Shown: one piece after another, positions 23,379 to 35,234 of the stretch
How positions within the stretch are numbered: the first letter of the stretch is position 1
How the letters are laid out: every line of letters begins with the position of its first letter
Notes under the pieces: generated by a model
Seen by the model: the letters and a program-made list of their open reading frames with translations, nothing else
Database searches by the model: none
What the model was told of the DNA's origin: nothing
Made by a program: the position numbers and the translations under genes
From: Chrysomallon squamiferum
Taxonomy: Eukaryota > Animalia > Mollusca
Reading direction: 5' to 3'
DNA length: 64,000 nt
Assembly: GCA_012295275.1 (NCBI GenBank)
Contig: CM022672.1
Location: forward strand, 26,474,001-26,538,000

Positions 23379-26300
23379 TTATGATAATGATTCATCTTCT
23401 GGTTTCTGTTTATATATCAACTGTTTTAGTGAACTAAATTTATCTTCAGCTAAAGACTGCCTCAATGATTTAAAAAACTGTAAATAGTGATGAAGATTGT
23501 GTCTGAAAACAAGAACAAAATTTTTAATTATTAAAGTGAAACATATACCATAGTAAATAGTGTTATTTAAATTTTAAACAAATGTTTAGTAACTTTTGTT
23601 TAATTTGTTTGGATTAATCAAATCATTTCTTTACATTAATAATACATTTATAAAATAATAGATCTATAAAATAATTTAATCTACTTAAAACAGTTAGAAA
23701 TAATACCAGGTAAATAAACTTTAAAATGATAATATTTAATATAAACATAAAACAAGCTTTCCTCTCAATAATAATATAGAGACTTTGTTAAATAATTGCT
23801 TTGTTACACACACACACACATTCAGACACCAGTAGCAGTTAATGAGTAATAATTAACACAACTGGTCTAATATTTGAATAAACTCACATCATGAGCAGCA
23901 CGCCTGACAAAAGTTCAGATGTTTTAAGCAGATGGTTTATGTATGATCTAGAGAAGTTTTGACATGTGTAACATGAACAATCAGAAACCAGTGCACTGAA
24001 GTCTTCAAAGAATCTGAAACAGAAATAAATTAATTTTTATCATGTGTATATAAAATTGACAAAAATTCATTTAAAAACCCAGCTTGTGAACCAACAAAAT
24101 GCTATACATGTTTAAGCTTCCTCACATATCAAATGTTATTCTGTTTGCACATTTGATATTTATAGGTAAGCAATCTCATTTACCTTTTCCATAATAATAA
24201 TCATATCAAGCAGTGTTTTGAACCTGTATGAACCTAATTCTAGATGTAAAGGTTTTAAATCATGTTACTGATATGTAAACAGAGCACAATACCATAAAAA
24301 CAAAATAAGTATCTTAAAGAATATTAAATACACGAGAACTCTCTAACAGGTCATACATAACCTAACTTATCACAGTGTGCAGTTGCTGGGGTTTTTAAAT
24401 AAAGTATTATTATGATAAAGAAGGAAGAATATATCTTACTTTTCATCTGTCATGTTTATTCCATAAGCAGCCTGTGTCTCAGTGTCACTGTTCTCAGAAG
24501 ACAATTCCGAGTGAGAACTGTAGTTGTAGTTGAAAACAAGAGCTTCGCCACGATTTGCTGCTATGTATGGATATCTGTTAGTTGTAAAGGATCAGAAACT
24601 TATAAAACTTTCAGAAATAAATACTGGCATATAATATGATTAGGTTTTTTCAATGAAATATGTTTTTTCACGATTTATAAAAAAACATTAATTTTTCACA
24701 CAAATGATAAAATTATGTAAATCTGCCAAGTAGTGTTTAGTTCACTGATGTGTTGTGTCCACTCTTGAGCCACTGGCTGCTGGTTCAGTCTACCAAACAA
24801 CAGCACCGATCTACCTTAATTCATACGTTTTGTAATTCTTAAGTTTCAAGGTACTCAGTCTGTCTAGGATTATTCTTATGAGGTTTCAGCTAATAAAAAA
24901 TCAAATTGAATAAATAAATAAATGGATAAATTATACTGTTATGAAAATATAAACTGACAGCACTAAAAGAAAGTATTTATTATACAACATGATGCATTAG
25001 ACAATAATATGTGTTATGTAGTGCACATACCTGAAAATAAGGTCATCATGATTATAAATAAAAAATAAATTGATCATGTACAAACTAAAAAGGATACGAA
25101 GTGTCAAAGATATCAATTCCAATTTCTACTGCATCTATTACAGAATGTGGTGTCCATACTGACTGCATCAAGCGAGGTTTATCTGCAGGTAACAGTGACT
25201 GAAATACAGAGACATGTTAATATTCATTTGTTTTGTTGTTGTTTTTATTGTTTTCAAATAACTGGCACTAAATTTAAAAGGTTTTCAATGTAACAAATAT
25301 TTTCTTTCATGTCTGTTTGATCAGTTTTAAGAAACATAAGATATGTAATAATCATTTATATAAAAAAAAGATTTATTCTTTGATTCCATACAACCATGGA
25401 TATTGTCTTAGAAATTTTAACTGTTTACCAGAGTGTGTTTGAGAAGATCTTCAACGTCTTTTAAGCAGAAATATTCAGAAGATGGACCGGGACAATGAAA
25501 ACCATCCAGGACAAAACCTAGGAAAAAAATTAAATAAAACAAAATTAAAATTAAATTAAGAATAGATTGAAAATAAAACCATTTTAAAAAAAAAAAATGG
25601 AAATAAAGATTTAAAATAAAATACTCTTTAATATTTAAACAATTTACTTACAAAGTATCATTTCAAAAAAAAAAAAAAATAAAAAAAAGTTACCTCTTTC
25701 TGAATGAAAACAACAAAATAATTAAAATATGATTACAAATATCAGTTGAATAAAAATGAAAATTTAAATTCTGATTTCACAAAAGATTCCACCCAATACA
25801 ATGATTTATTCAGAACATGATCTACAAATCAGTTTAACATATCTAAAACTGTAACAGTTAATCACCTGCTACTGGTCTGGCAGATGTTTCCTTTGCTGAT
25901 CTTTCTCTCTCCCTCATGACGTAACCTCCCTCCACCACACCAAATACTTCAACATCTTTTAATCTCTAGAAGAAAAAATTCAGTTTAATTAGACTGTTGT
26001 AAGTAAACTGTAATATATATACATGGAGCCATGAAAATATATACAGTTAAAATTTTTTATAGATTATATAAAAAAAATTAACATAGCAAATTTCTATAAA
26101 AAGGATATTGTTTGATGCATTTTGAAAACTGCATAATTCAATTTAATATAAATATTAAAGTAACATTTCAGCGAATAGTTCCCACAGAAAATATACAGTG
26201 TTGATATTTTTGCCATTTTGATATCACAACATTATTACAAATGTTTAAAATAAAGCAAAAATTCTCATAACTTTTAAACTGAATTAAATAATGAGCTAAA

Positions 26301-27475
26301 GTAAAGTTCATAGTTACTACTGTGGTAAATAAAACATTTGCAACCTATGAAATATAACTTTGAATATCTTTTTTTTCAAAAATAAAGTACCTCTGATTTG
26401 GAATGTTTTTCTAGTATTTGATCAAGGAATTTCAGAGTTCTGTCCACTGATTTGACAGTTCTTTTCTGTGATGATTGTTTGCTGGTGTCACCATCTGACA
26501 GTGCCTGATACCAGTCAGCCTGCAAAGCTTCTTGTACTGCCATGAACAGATCAACATCGAGCTGAAAACACACACATTCATTTACATCTCAAAATTATTA
26601 TTACTAATGCCTAAAAATAATAAATTACAATAACAGTCATTAATATAAACTCTGTAAAAAGATTTTATTAACTGTGTAAAATTTTAACCAAAATTTAAAT
26701 GCACTATTTCATAGACTACAGAGAAATACTAATTTTCCTGGCACATCTTTTAATGTAGTATTTCTAATTTTATACCAACAATCAAATGATTTGGTTACTG
26801 AATTAGACAAAGTTTAAATAAGTAAAATAATAAATACACCAGAGTTTCTGTTATAACTCAATGCATTGTAACTATTTAATATGAGATAATTTTGTCAGCA
26901 AAGAACTCTAAAGAGATTTAAATTCCTGGTAAATATGGCAGATTAATGTTCTGCAAAATTTATGTTTTTTTCTCAGTATGGTAAAATACATACCTTTATT
27001 TTACCACCCTTTCCCCACACTGATGTGCCTGATATTTCATTATATCCAGATGGTATGGCAACACTTGTGTCGTGTATACATATGTATGTCAGAAAATCCT
27101 GAAATTAAAAGGATTATTCTGATATATTGACAAGTTTTAGCAAACCATCCCTTTACAAAAATCATTAATTTTTAAGTCTTATATCAGATATGCTATTTTT
27201 GGGATTGAATATTTAATTATATACAATACATAAATAAATTGAATATTGCAGAGATAATTTAGGATGTTTTTAAATGAAATAACAGTATAACAATATTATT
27301 ATTAGCAAATTACATCCTTAAAAGTAATTAAAAACATTGAAAAAAACAACAAACATGATAAAATATCTTTTTAAATGTGTACCTGCATTGATGAAAATTG
27401 TGCAACACCTTTATCATATGCTGAAATGGCTTCATAGTGTTTTGCCCTGAAGAGTAAAATAAATAAATACATTAG

Positions 27476-27534
<59 letters not shown>

Positions 27535-28237
27535 AACAAAAATTTAACAAAAACCAATGTCTGTATGTTGATAAAGGTTAACTGTAACAGAACTTACATC
27601 ATACTCAGAGAGATGGATGATATAACAGGCAAATCTTTTATTTTCTTCAACATATCAATTGTTAAATGTGGAACACTACCTGTAATCAATGTGAAAATTT
27701 TATTTAATGAAATAAATACATAATTAAGTAAATGATTAAACATTACTAAAATCAAATTTTAAATTTACAATTTAAATATATATAGTAAATATCTTAATAT
27801 ATTTTTATTTCCAATAAAAGTAAATTTTAATGTTTTGAAAAACAAAAACAACAAAACCAACTATAGCACATTTTATGATTTTTATCTTTAATCTGAAACT
27901 GAATTAATTTACAATGAACTTATATTTATTTGTGTGTACTTCTTTAAGTAATATTGACATGACAATAAAAGTGTAGTAGAAATGGGAAAGGAAAATATAA
28001 ATTAATATAGCTCCTATATAAATAAATAAATAAATAAATAAATACAGGTTTAAATGAAAAAGGAAAATAAATAAATATATAATTATAAATAAAAAAGAAT
28101 AAATAAATAAAAGTACCTCCTCTGGTGTATAAAATACACATGGGTGTTTCTGCATTTTTATTCTGGAGACGACCTATATTTTCTAAATACCCCAAACGCA
28201 TTCCACCATTTGTTGTTTTTTTAATTACAAACTTCAT
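23379..28237 (-). CDS. QTRT2: Queuine tRNA-ribosyltransferase accessory subunit 2, ~405 aa (alternative in-frame ATG at 28261). Exons 28237-28117, 27679-27598, 27446-27383, 27098-26994, 26561-26391, 25965-25866, 25517-25429, 25198-25098, 24574-24440, 24013-23888, 23502-23379
   Basis: The spliced translation matches QTRT2/QTRTD1 motifs: [76 protein letters not shown], the zinc site CSCYTC...YINHLL, and HNLHHY. Exons sum to 1218 nt. Confidence 0.95.
24575..25097 (-). other. U12-type (minor spliceosome) GT-AG intron in QTRT2
   Basis: The 5' splice site is GTATCCTTTT. A branch-like TCCTTTAC lies ~10-16 nt from the 3' AG, and there is no polypyrimidine tract. Confidence 0.85.
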
Positions 28238-28274
28238 CACATTTGATATTCTGTTTGTCATATATAAAAATCTG

Positions 28275-28310
<36 letters not shown>

Positions 28311-30532
28311 AACAAAAAGAAATAAATAATAAAAAAAATCAATTTAAAAAAGTCTTCAAAATAAAATATAGGAATACACTCAATTTCAACAATTTATTTT
28401 AAAAAGAATGATAAAAGCAGTAAAAATTAATAAACGGAAAATATGACAAGATTTTATCAGGAAGTTATAAATGGAGACTTGATTAATTTAATGGTAAATA
28501 AATAATAATGTATCTTGTTATTTCTTAAATCAATTATAAATACTGCTGTAACTGATCATAACAAGTCAATCCTGTGTCCAAAAGAAAAGTCTGTTTATTG
28601 AAAACACTACTCCTCATTTGATTTATCACAACCGTTGTCATGTATGCATTCCTATTTATGAATGATCTTTTACATAAATTACATACATTTTCAGATAAAC
28701 AATAGCTGATTCAGATATATTTGTCATTCACTGTTTGCAATTATTTTTATCAAAAGAAGTATTATCTTGGTTTATTTGGTTTTTTTTTTTTTTTTTGGGG
28801 GGAGTGCGTTAAATTTATTATTTCTATTATTTAATATTTTTCTTTAATATATGTATATTTTTATTTTTTTTTTAAAATGAATTTACTAGTTAATTCCTCT
28901 GTTTCAACAGATGGTAACAAAGCACTTTAGATCATTAGAAGCTTTTGCATTTGACGATTTCTACAATATAAACTTTATATTTAGATTTTTCAGTATTCCA
29001 TTTCGGGCATTTGTTTGACAAATGTCCGTAAAAGCACATAATTCAAATGGTATCTATTCATCTGAAAGAAAATAAACCGAGTGGTTTAACAGTTATGAAT
29101 AAAAGTATGATAACTAATGTCAAACTGTAAACATACTTTAAGTTTAACACTATAAAATGTTACATTATTATGATAGTGACAACTCGTAATAGACTGGTAC
29201 TCATCGGTAATAGAAAATATTAAACATAATATCGAAGATTCACGTTCAACGCGAGAACATGAATAATTTTATAAGTTTGTTCTCATATGTACTTTCCTCC
29301 AATTACTGTCGGCGCACACAAACATGGCTGGAATCAGGTATTGTGAGTAATCGGCTTAAATAAAATTTAAAAAAACTTTTATAAAAATATTTAATGGTTT
29401 AAGGGCAGATAACTGAGGCAGTGGAAAAACTGTCTTATAGTGATAAGTTACTAGTGGATGGCATGCACCTAAATAATTTGTCCACCAAAGACCTTAGAAT
29501 TTCCCTAAAGTGATAATTTATTTGAAAGACATTTAAACCCACTGAAGGCTAGACGTAAAATATGCAAACATCGAGTTGTCTGTTCAAAACAGTGTTACTA
29601 ATATTAGTTATTCGGAGGATGGAGAGAAAGAAAAATAACTGTAAACGTTCTTTTGTGCATTGAGAGGTAAATGTATTGTACTTGCAATATGATTCACACG
29701 TTTGGAAGCGGTTTATCATAGAAATTTCTGGATCCTTTGATCGAACTTCGAACATAATAAACTAGAAAATTTAATTTTTTTTCTCGCATCAACAGCTGTA
29801 AAACTAATATATCAGAAAACTGTTGTTACTGTTCGCCAGCTGCTACCGAATAACAAAATTATGCTTCGTTGTCTGTAATAATAAAATCATGTGATAAACA
29901 GTAAAGTTTTTCTGTATCATGCGTGATAACGTCCCTAAGTGTGAACAAGTTTTATGTTAATATCTGACGACGGCACGACGTGTATGTATAAAGTAAAAGT
30001 GTCTGAAGCTGAGGGTATATTTTACACATTAGCAGCTAAAATATTTCTTATTTATTCGAGAAATAAGCAAAATGCTGTTGCATCGATCGTCAAAAGCCCA
30101 AAGAAGTAAGGAAGAAATAAACTCTAAACGATAATCTTAAACGGATTGCTAGATAGATAAATAAAAACAGTCCATATTTGGAACGGGATTTTCAGTCTTT
30201 GTTAGAAACAGTCATATTATACGGTCAACATAAACTCATTCCAGCATGATGAACGATTTTAATTACATAACATTAGTGGTATTTTATTTTGATTTCGTTT
30301 AATTTATAAATGTAAAAAATTATTATTTTTACATACATAATTATTTACTATTGTTGAAACAATACAGAATGCTTGTTTTCGTCATTGTCTGAACTTCTAG
30401 CAACTATCGATCTAAGAGATCTTGACTTCGCTGAGCTGTCGTCAGTTCTAATTAATATCGATACACTGGCAGATATAGTAAATTTATCAGCATACAGATC
30501 ATGTACATCCATGTGTTGAATACAGTACATAT

Positions 30533-30536
<4 letters not shown>

Positions 30537-30587
<51 letters not shown>
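30537..30587. repeat. (AC)n microsatellite
   Basis: Direct reading. Confidence 0.95.
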
Positions 30588-30589
<2 letters not shown>

Positions 30590-30710
30590 ACCTACCTACC
30601 TAGCAATTTACATACATACATTCAGATAGGTACACCACAATAATTTCTACCAATGAATATCGTGTCACCAATTCACAACTAAAACCAGTTATATATTTGT
30701 ATCGTACCAA

Positions 30711-30804
30711 GCCTCCGTGGCCTAATGGATAAGGCATCGGCCTCCTAGAAACAAGTTGTATAATTTCATTGTGGGGATTGTGGGTTCGAGTCCCGCCGGA
30801 GGCT
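30711..30804 (+). pseudogene. tRNA-Arg(CCT) probable pseudogene (copy 7); 3' strand of the anticodon stem lost
   Basis: The 5' half and the T and acceptor arms are intact. After the insert GAAACAAGTTGTATAATTTCATTGT the sequence resumes at GGGGATT without AGCC. Confidence 0.8.
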
Positions 30805-33449
30805 TTTTTTTTGTTTGTTTCAATTTACCTTTTTATTTATTATCATTAGTGATATTACATCAAAAACCAACGTAAGGTATAATTACTTTCTGAATAATAA
30901 TAATAATAAAATAATAATAATAATGATAACGATAATAAATATTGCTTCATAAATTTATTGAAATAATTAATCTGGTATTTGGTAGGATGAAATAAACTGC
31001 TTATTATGTAACCTATTTTATGTTATTCCCATTTTCCAGGGCTGTAACAGGTGTAACATATTAGGCAATGCACAGTATCCGCTAGGCTTTATTATAAATC
31101 GCAAAATGACAGCCGTGGCAGTAACATAGCTGTTGAAATATCGATCTGATCGCAAAATGGCCTCCACTCTAATTGTACAAGTTAAAGGTTAGTATGCTAG
31201 CTTATGGCTTGATAAATATATTATCCTTTCTGTTCCAGCTGAATTTTTAATAGAGCATCAAAGAGAGAGATAATATCAATAGGTTGGCTTAAAAGGTTAA
31301 GCAGTTCAGATGATTATGAAAACATCAGTATTATACGTGTCTTGTGTATTTTAGTACATTGAGGGTTTTACGTTAAACACTATAAGTCATTCTATATTGT
31401 TTTAGAAGTAATAAATAAATATGTATGAAAAATCATATCTTTTTAAAATACCGCTAATGTTTTGTAAAATAAAATTGTTCAGCAAACTAGAATGAAAATT
31501 ATATTGACTGTATATCATGATTTCAGTAACGGTCCTACAAATAACATAAATTTATTACATATTTACATACTTCTAAATCACTGCTTTTTATGTCAAATTG
31601 TTATTTTACTATAAAGTGTATCAATGATACAACAAATCAGCATAAAAATCATTTCTCTCTTGGCGTCGTGCCGTTGATAGAAATGTAAACAAAGCGAACT
31701 TTGATCTCCATTAGATATAAAACAAATGTTACAAGTATCCAATTAAACTTTTAATATAAGACTTTTTTTTAAAGTTTTGTATAATGTCCTGAGAATCCAA
31801 ATATATTCTTACAGCGATCAGATAAATACTAAAACAATAAACAGTGATCTTAATCTATGCAATAGAAAGATGTAGTTCTATAATATTACTATTATAATAT
31901 TTCATATTTCAGTTAACAAGTAAAACTATTATGCAGTCTTGGGACAACATTGGAAAAAAAATGTATTGTGGTGTTATTGGTCACACGCCATATAACAACA
32001 CAGTGTCATGGAACTGCTAATCATATATTTTTGTTCTAATATGCAATAATAGACTCATCATATGAACGATGCATGAAGAACTACGTCGTGTATTATTGTC
32101 TTACAACACATATTAGTAGATATATGTGTTCCTTCAAGTTTAAGTAAATGTCCAGTGACAACTAAAAACTGTAGAGGTGACTTGAGGCAGCTGATCTTTC
32201 AGTTTCTGGTTGCATTTCTCGGTGTCATGATAAACACACTTGCCATTTTACTTCTCGATCTTCTTCAGCAAATACTTGCTATAAAAATTAAAATTATTGC
32301 CTCCTATCGAGATCTTTGGAAACTGAATAGCATGTCACATGATCATATATGGCTACTACGGTCTAAGGTTTAGGGGGAACCTTCTCAGAAAGCAAGGAAT
32401 ATCACTCTGGCCTTTGACAGGACAACACCTAATTTGATTGTTTAGTGAAGGTAAGCATTTTAACAAGGTTTCATTTATTAAGTTAATGATGTGCTATAGT
32501 TCAATTGAAATCCATAATTAATCAGACTTACTGCATTCACTTTGATATGTCTGTTAGAAAGAACAATTAAGATGTTATTTATTAAAGATGAGATAACATT
32601 GTGTAAGCATTTTATTGCCCAATATTACTTATCGACTTTTATTTACACTGAATATGGAAGCAGATGATTTATTAAGTCTCTGGACATAAGTTTAAGAACA
32701 ATGGCTACTGTTTATAATAATTCAAATGATCTGTATTCATCGTCATATAGGATTTTATATTTGAAAATAAACATTTTTAATACACTTAGTATTTTCTCGG
32801 TAAATATGACTGATACGTATTCATTATTAATTTTTCTGTTCAAGTTGCAACTCCATGGTCGTCTTGGGTAAGTGTTACTTACAATACTGCATGTTTTATA
32901 TTTACGTGTAAATGTTAATTTACAAACTAGTTTTTTTTTACCTTTAAGATAACTGTTATTCATTTCTATGAATATAAATATATCAATGAAATGAAATTAT
33001 ATTTAGCCTTGTCTTATGAAAGTATGAATAACAGTTAGAGGAAGTTCATGCAGGTATTTAAAAGGCTTGTGGTTCGATTATATTAATTTCTTATTTTGTT
33101 TTATATGTATGAAAGTTTTATATACACTTTTATACAATATAGTTAGTGTTAGTTAATATACGTAGTAGAAATTAGTTCAGGCAGATGTAACGTATAACCA
33201 AAACGTGCATACTCCTGCAAGCAGTTAAATGTCAGGTGTCAAAGTGCCAAGCAAGATAAACAGTGAATCACACCTATTAATCTGAGAACTGCTAGGTGTT
33301 AATATGTTCCTACGATGGACAATAGAACTCATGTTTGAACACAAATATTTGGCTTAAGAGAGAAGAATATATTCAACATGGGATTGGACGAAACGGATAT
33401 AATTTGGTTCTGAGACGGTATTAATTAGGACTGAGTAACCTCCGGCAGT

Positions 33450-33931
33450 TATCGATATTAAACATGTAAAGGGTTCGTTACTGCTGATCTTTGGAGAAGT
33501 CTGTGATCATTTTCTCTTTCCCATCATTGACCAGGAAAAAGTGTTTGTCGTCTGGGACTTGCTGTTGTTAACATTTATATCGGCTCTTGTTTCGGCTAAC
33601 AGAGGGTGCTGCTCCTGCTACTAAAGGAGGAAATATAGCTTCTGATGCTGCCTACTGGCCGTACATCTCGTAACTCCTTTGCCCTCGTCCTCATAGTACT
33701 GTCAGACGTGATATGGTCGACATCTTGTGTATGGAATTGTTTGAAGGCTGTCCGAGTCATTTCTGAAAAGTCACCGACTGTTGTACATTTTCTCTGATAA
33801 AATCTGGTCACATGTCTCCAGTGTTGCGCTGTCTGCCGGGTTGCACTCTTGTTGTACAGGAATCCATCAATGAGGATTTGTGAATTGCCTTTGGAAGAAC
33901 TGAGCTATTCTACATGTTTTAACCCGACCAT
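33450..33931 (-). mobile_element. Mutator-like (MULE) transposase fragment with FLYWCH-like domain, pseudogenised
   Basis: MVGLKHVE*LSSSKGNSQILIDGFLYNKSATRQTAQHWR...MRTRAKE is followed, after frameshifts, by ETRADIN and HFFLVNDGKEKMITDFS..*RTL. This order is typical of FLYWCH-MULE transposases. Confidence 0.6.
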
Positions 33932-34891
33932 GGTTGTTACGTAAGAAATGAAGGTATACTAGATATTTTCCTAAGTTATTAAAGTTAATATTATTATTGT
34001 TATTATTATTATTATTATTGTTATTGTTATTGTTACTGTTATTATTATTATTATTATTAGTAGTAGTAGTAGTAATAGTAGTAGTAATAGTAGTAGTAGT
34101 AGTTGTTGTACTGTATGTAATAACTGAATAAAACGAAAAACATTTTGTCAACGGTGACCGTTCCACTAATATTACAGGTGTTGTATTAGTGCCTAAACTG
34201 GTTGCGTAACAATAGGGTGTATAACAAATGGGGCATGTAGCAAACAGGAGATACCCCCCCCCAAAAACAAACAAAGAAACAAACAAATAAAAAACAAATA
34301 GGAAAAAATTAGGTTAGGAAAATCTACAATAATAATAATAATTAATAAATTTTAACATAAAAACAAATTTAAATAAATAAATAAAAATAACCAACAGTGG
34401 TACAAATTCGTTTGACTAAAACAGTAAAAAGTGACTACTAGCCGGGGTTTACTGGGAATTATCTTTCGAAACCAACATTAAACAGATTAAGCCGCTTTGT
34501 GTTCTGTAATCACAAAGTAAATATTACTGTAAGCAAATGAGTTTAGCAGGTTATCATTCAACTAGGACATGACATGACAGGAAACCAGCATGTGCATTAT
34601 AAATCATCATTCACTGACCTAAAAGGCGCATAAACAACAACATGAAAATTGCATATTATTTTATCTGCTTTTATTTAAAGGTTGCTTATAAATAAATATG
34701 AGTGAGTGCGCCTTTTGTATGAGAAGTTCGGAGACTCCGATCAAACTGAGATATGTTATACTCTGTAAATCTATTTTGTAAACAGCGCTTGACTTCACTT
34801 CAAAACTGGAACAGAGGCCACTGAACTTTTTTTAATTTTTAATTTATTTTTTTTTTAAATACTAAAAAAAAAAAAAAAAAAAAAAAAATTG

Positions 34892-35234
34892 TCATTCTCC
34901 TATACGCAATATTGAAAGTGTGAAATATTTTACATCTGATTCTGTTTCAATCAGCTTCTTCAACTCTTTATGCAGAAGACGTGATTCGTCAGCCTGGAAG
35001 GTTGTTACAGTAATCAACGCCGCTGTGAGCAGAATATTCATCATTATGCAATACTGGCAAATGTCATAACACATGTCACAGTTTCACACAGAACTATCCC
35101 TCAGCATATATCACATTTTATATTATGGACTTGAGTCCAGCTCGGAATTAGGATTCTTGATATTTAGTCGAAGAGAGTCTGTCATCAGCTTGCACACAGA
35201 TGAAATATTCAGGTCATGCTGCACCAGTAACATT
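34892..35234 (-). pseudogene. Possible decayed ZZ-type zinc-finger coding fragment
   Basis: Across frameshifts and stops it reads HNIKCDIC*G..CE/NCDMCYDICQYC../HNDEYSAH, resembling the ZZ pattern CxxC..CxxC..YDLCxxC..H. Confidence 0.3.

Noticed and set aside
30348-30530. Coding-looking stretch upstream of tRNA copy 7 (and a similar one at 12570-12750)
   Set aside because: It is open on both strands but short, with no recognisable motif or splice partners.
8881-30804. CRISPR-like reading of constant tRNA halves flanking variable spacers
   Set aside because: The copies are dispersed, not tandem. They are canonical tRNA cloverleaves with introns at 37/38 in a eukaryotic context, and there are no cas genes.
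8881-30804. tRNA-derived SINE interpretation of the Arg(CCT) copies
   Set aside because: Similarity stops at the tRNA ends, with no shared body, tail or TSD. Stem changes are mostly compensatory or G:U, indicating selection on tRNA structure.
23379-30804. Functional link between QTRT2 and the neighbouring tRNA genes
   Set aside because: Queuosine is inserted only in GUN-anticodon tRNAs (Asn, Asp, His, Tyr), not Arg(CCT), so the proximity is probably incidental.
33596-33811. RAKELRDV as a second BH3-like motif
   Set aside because: It lacks the small-residue-Asp core, and the frame belongs to the MULE transposase relic.
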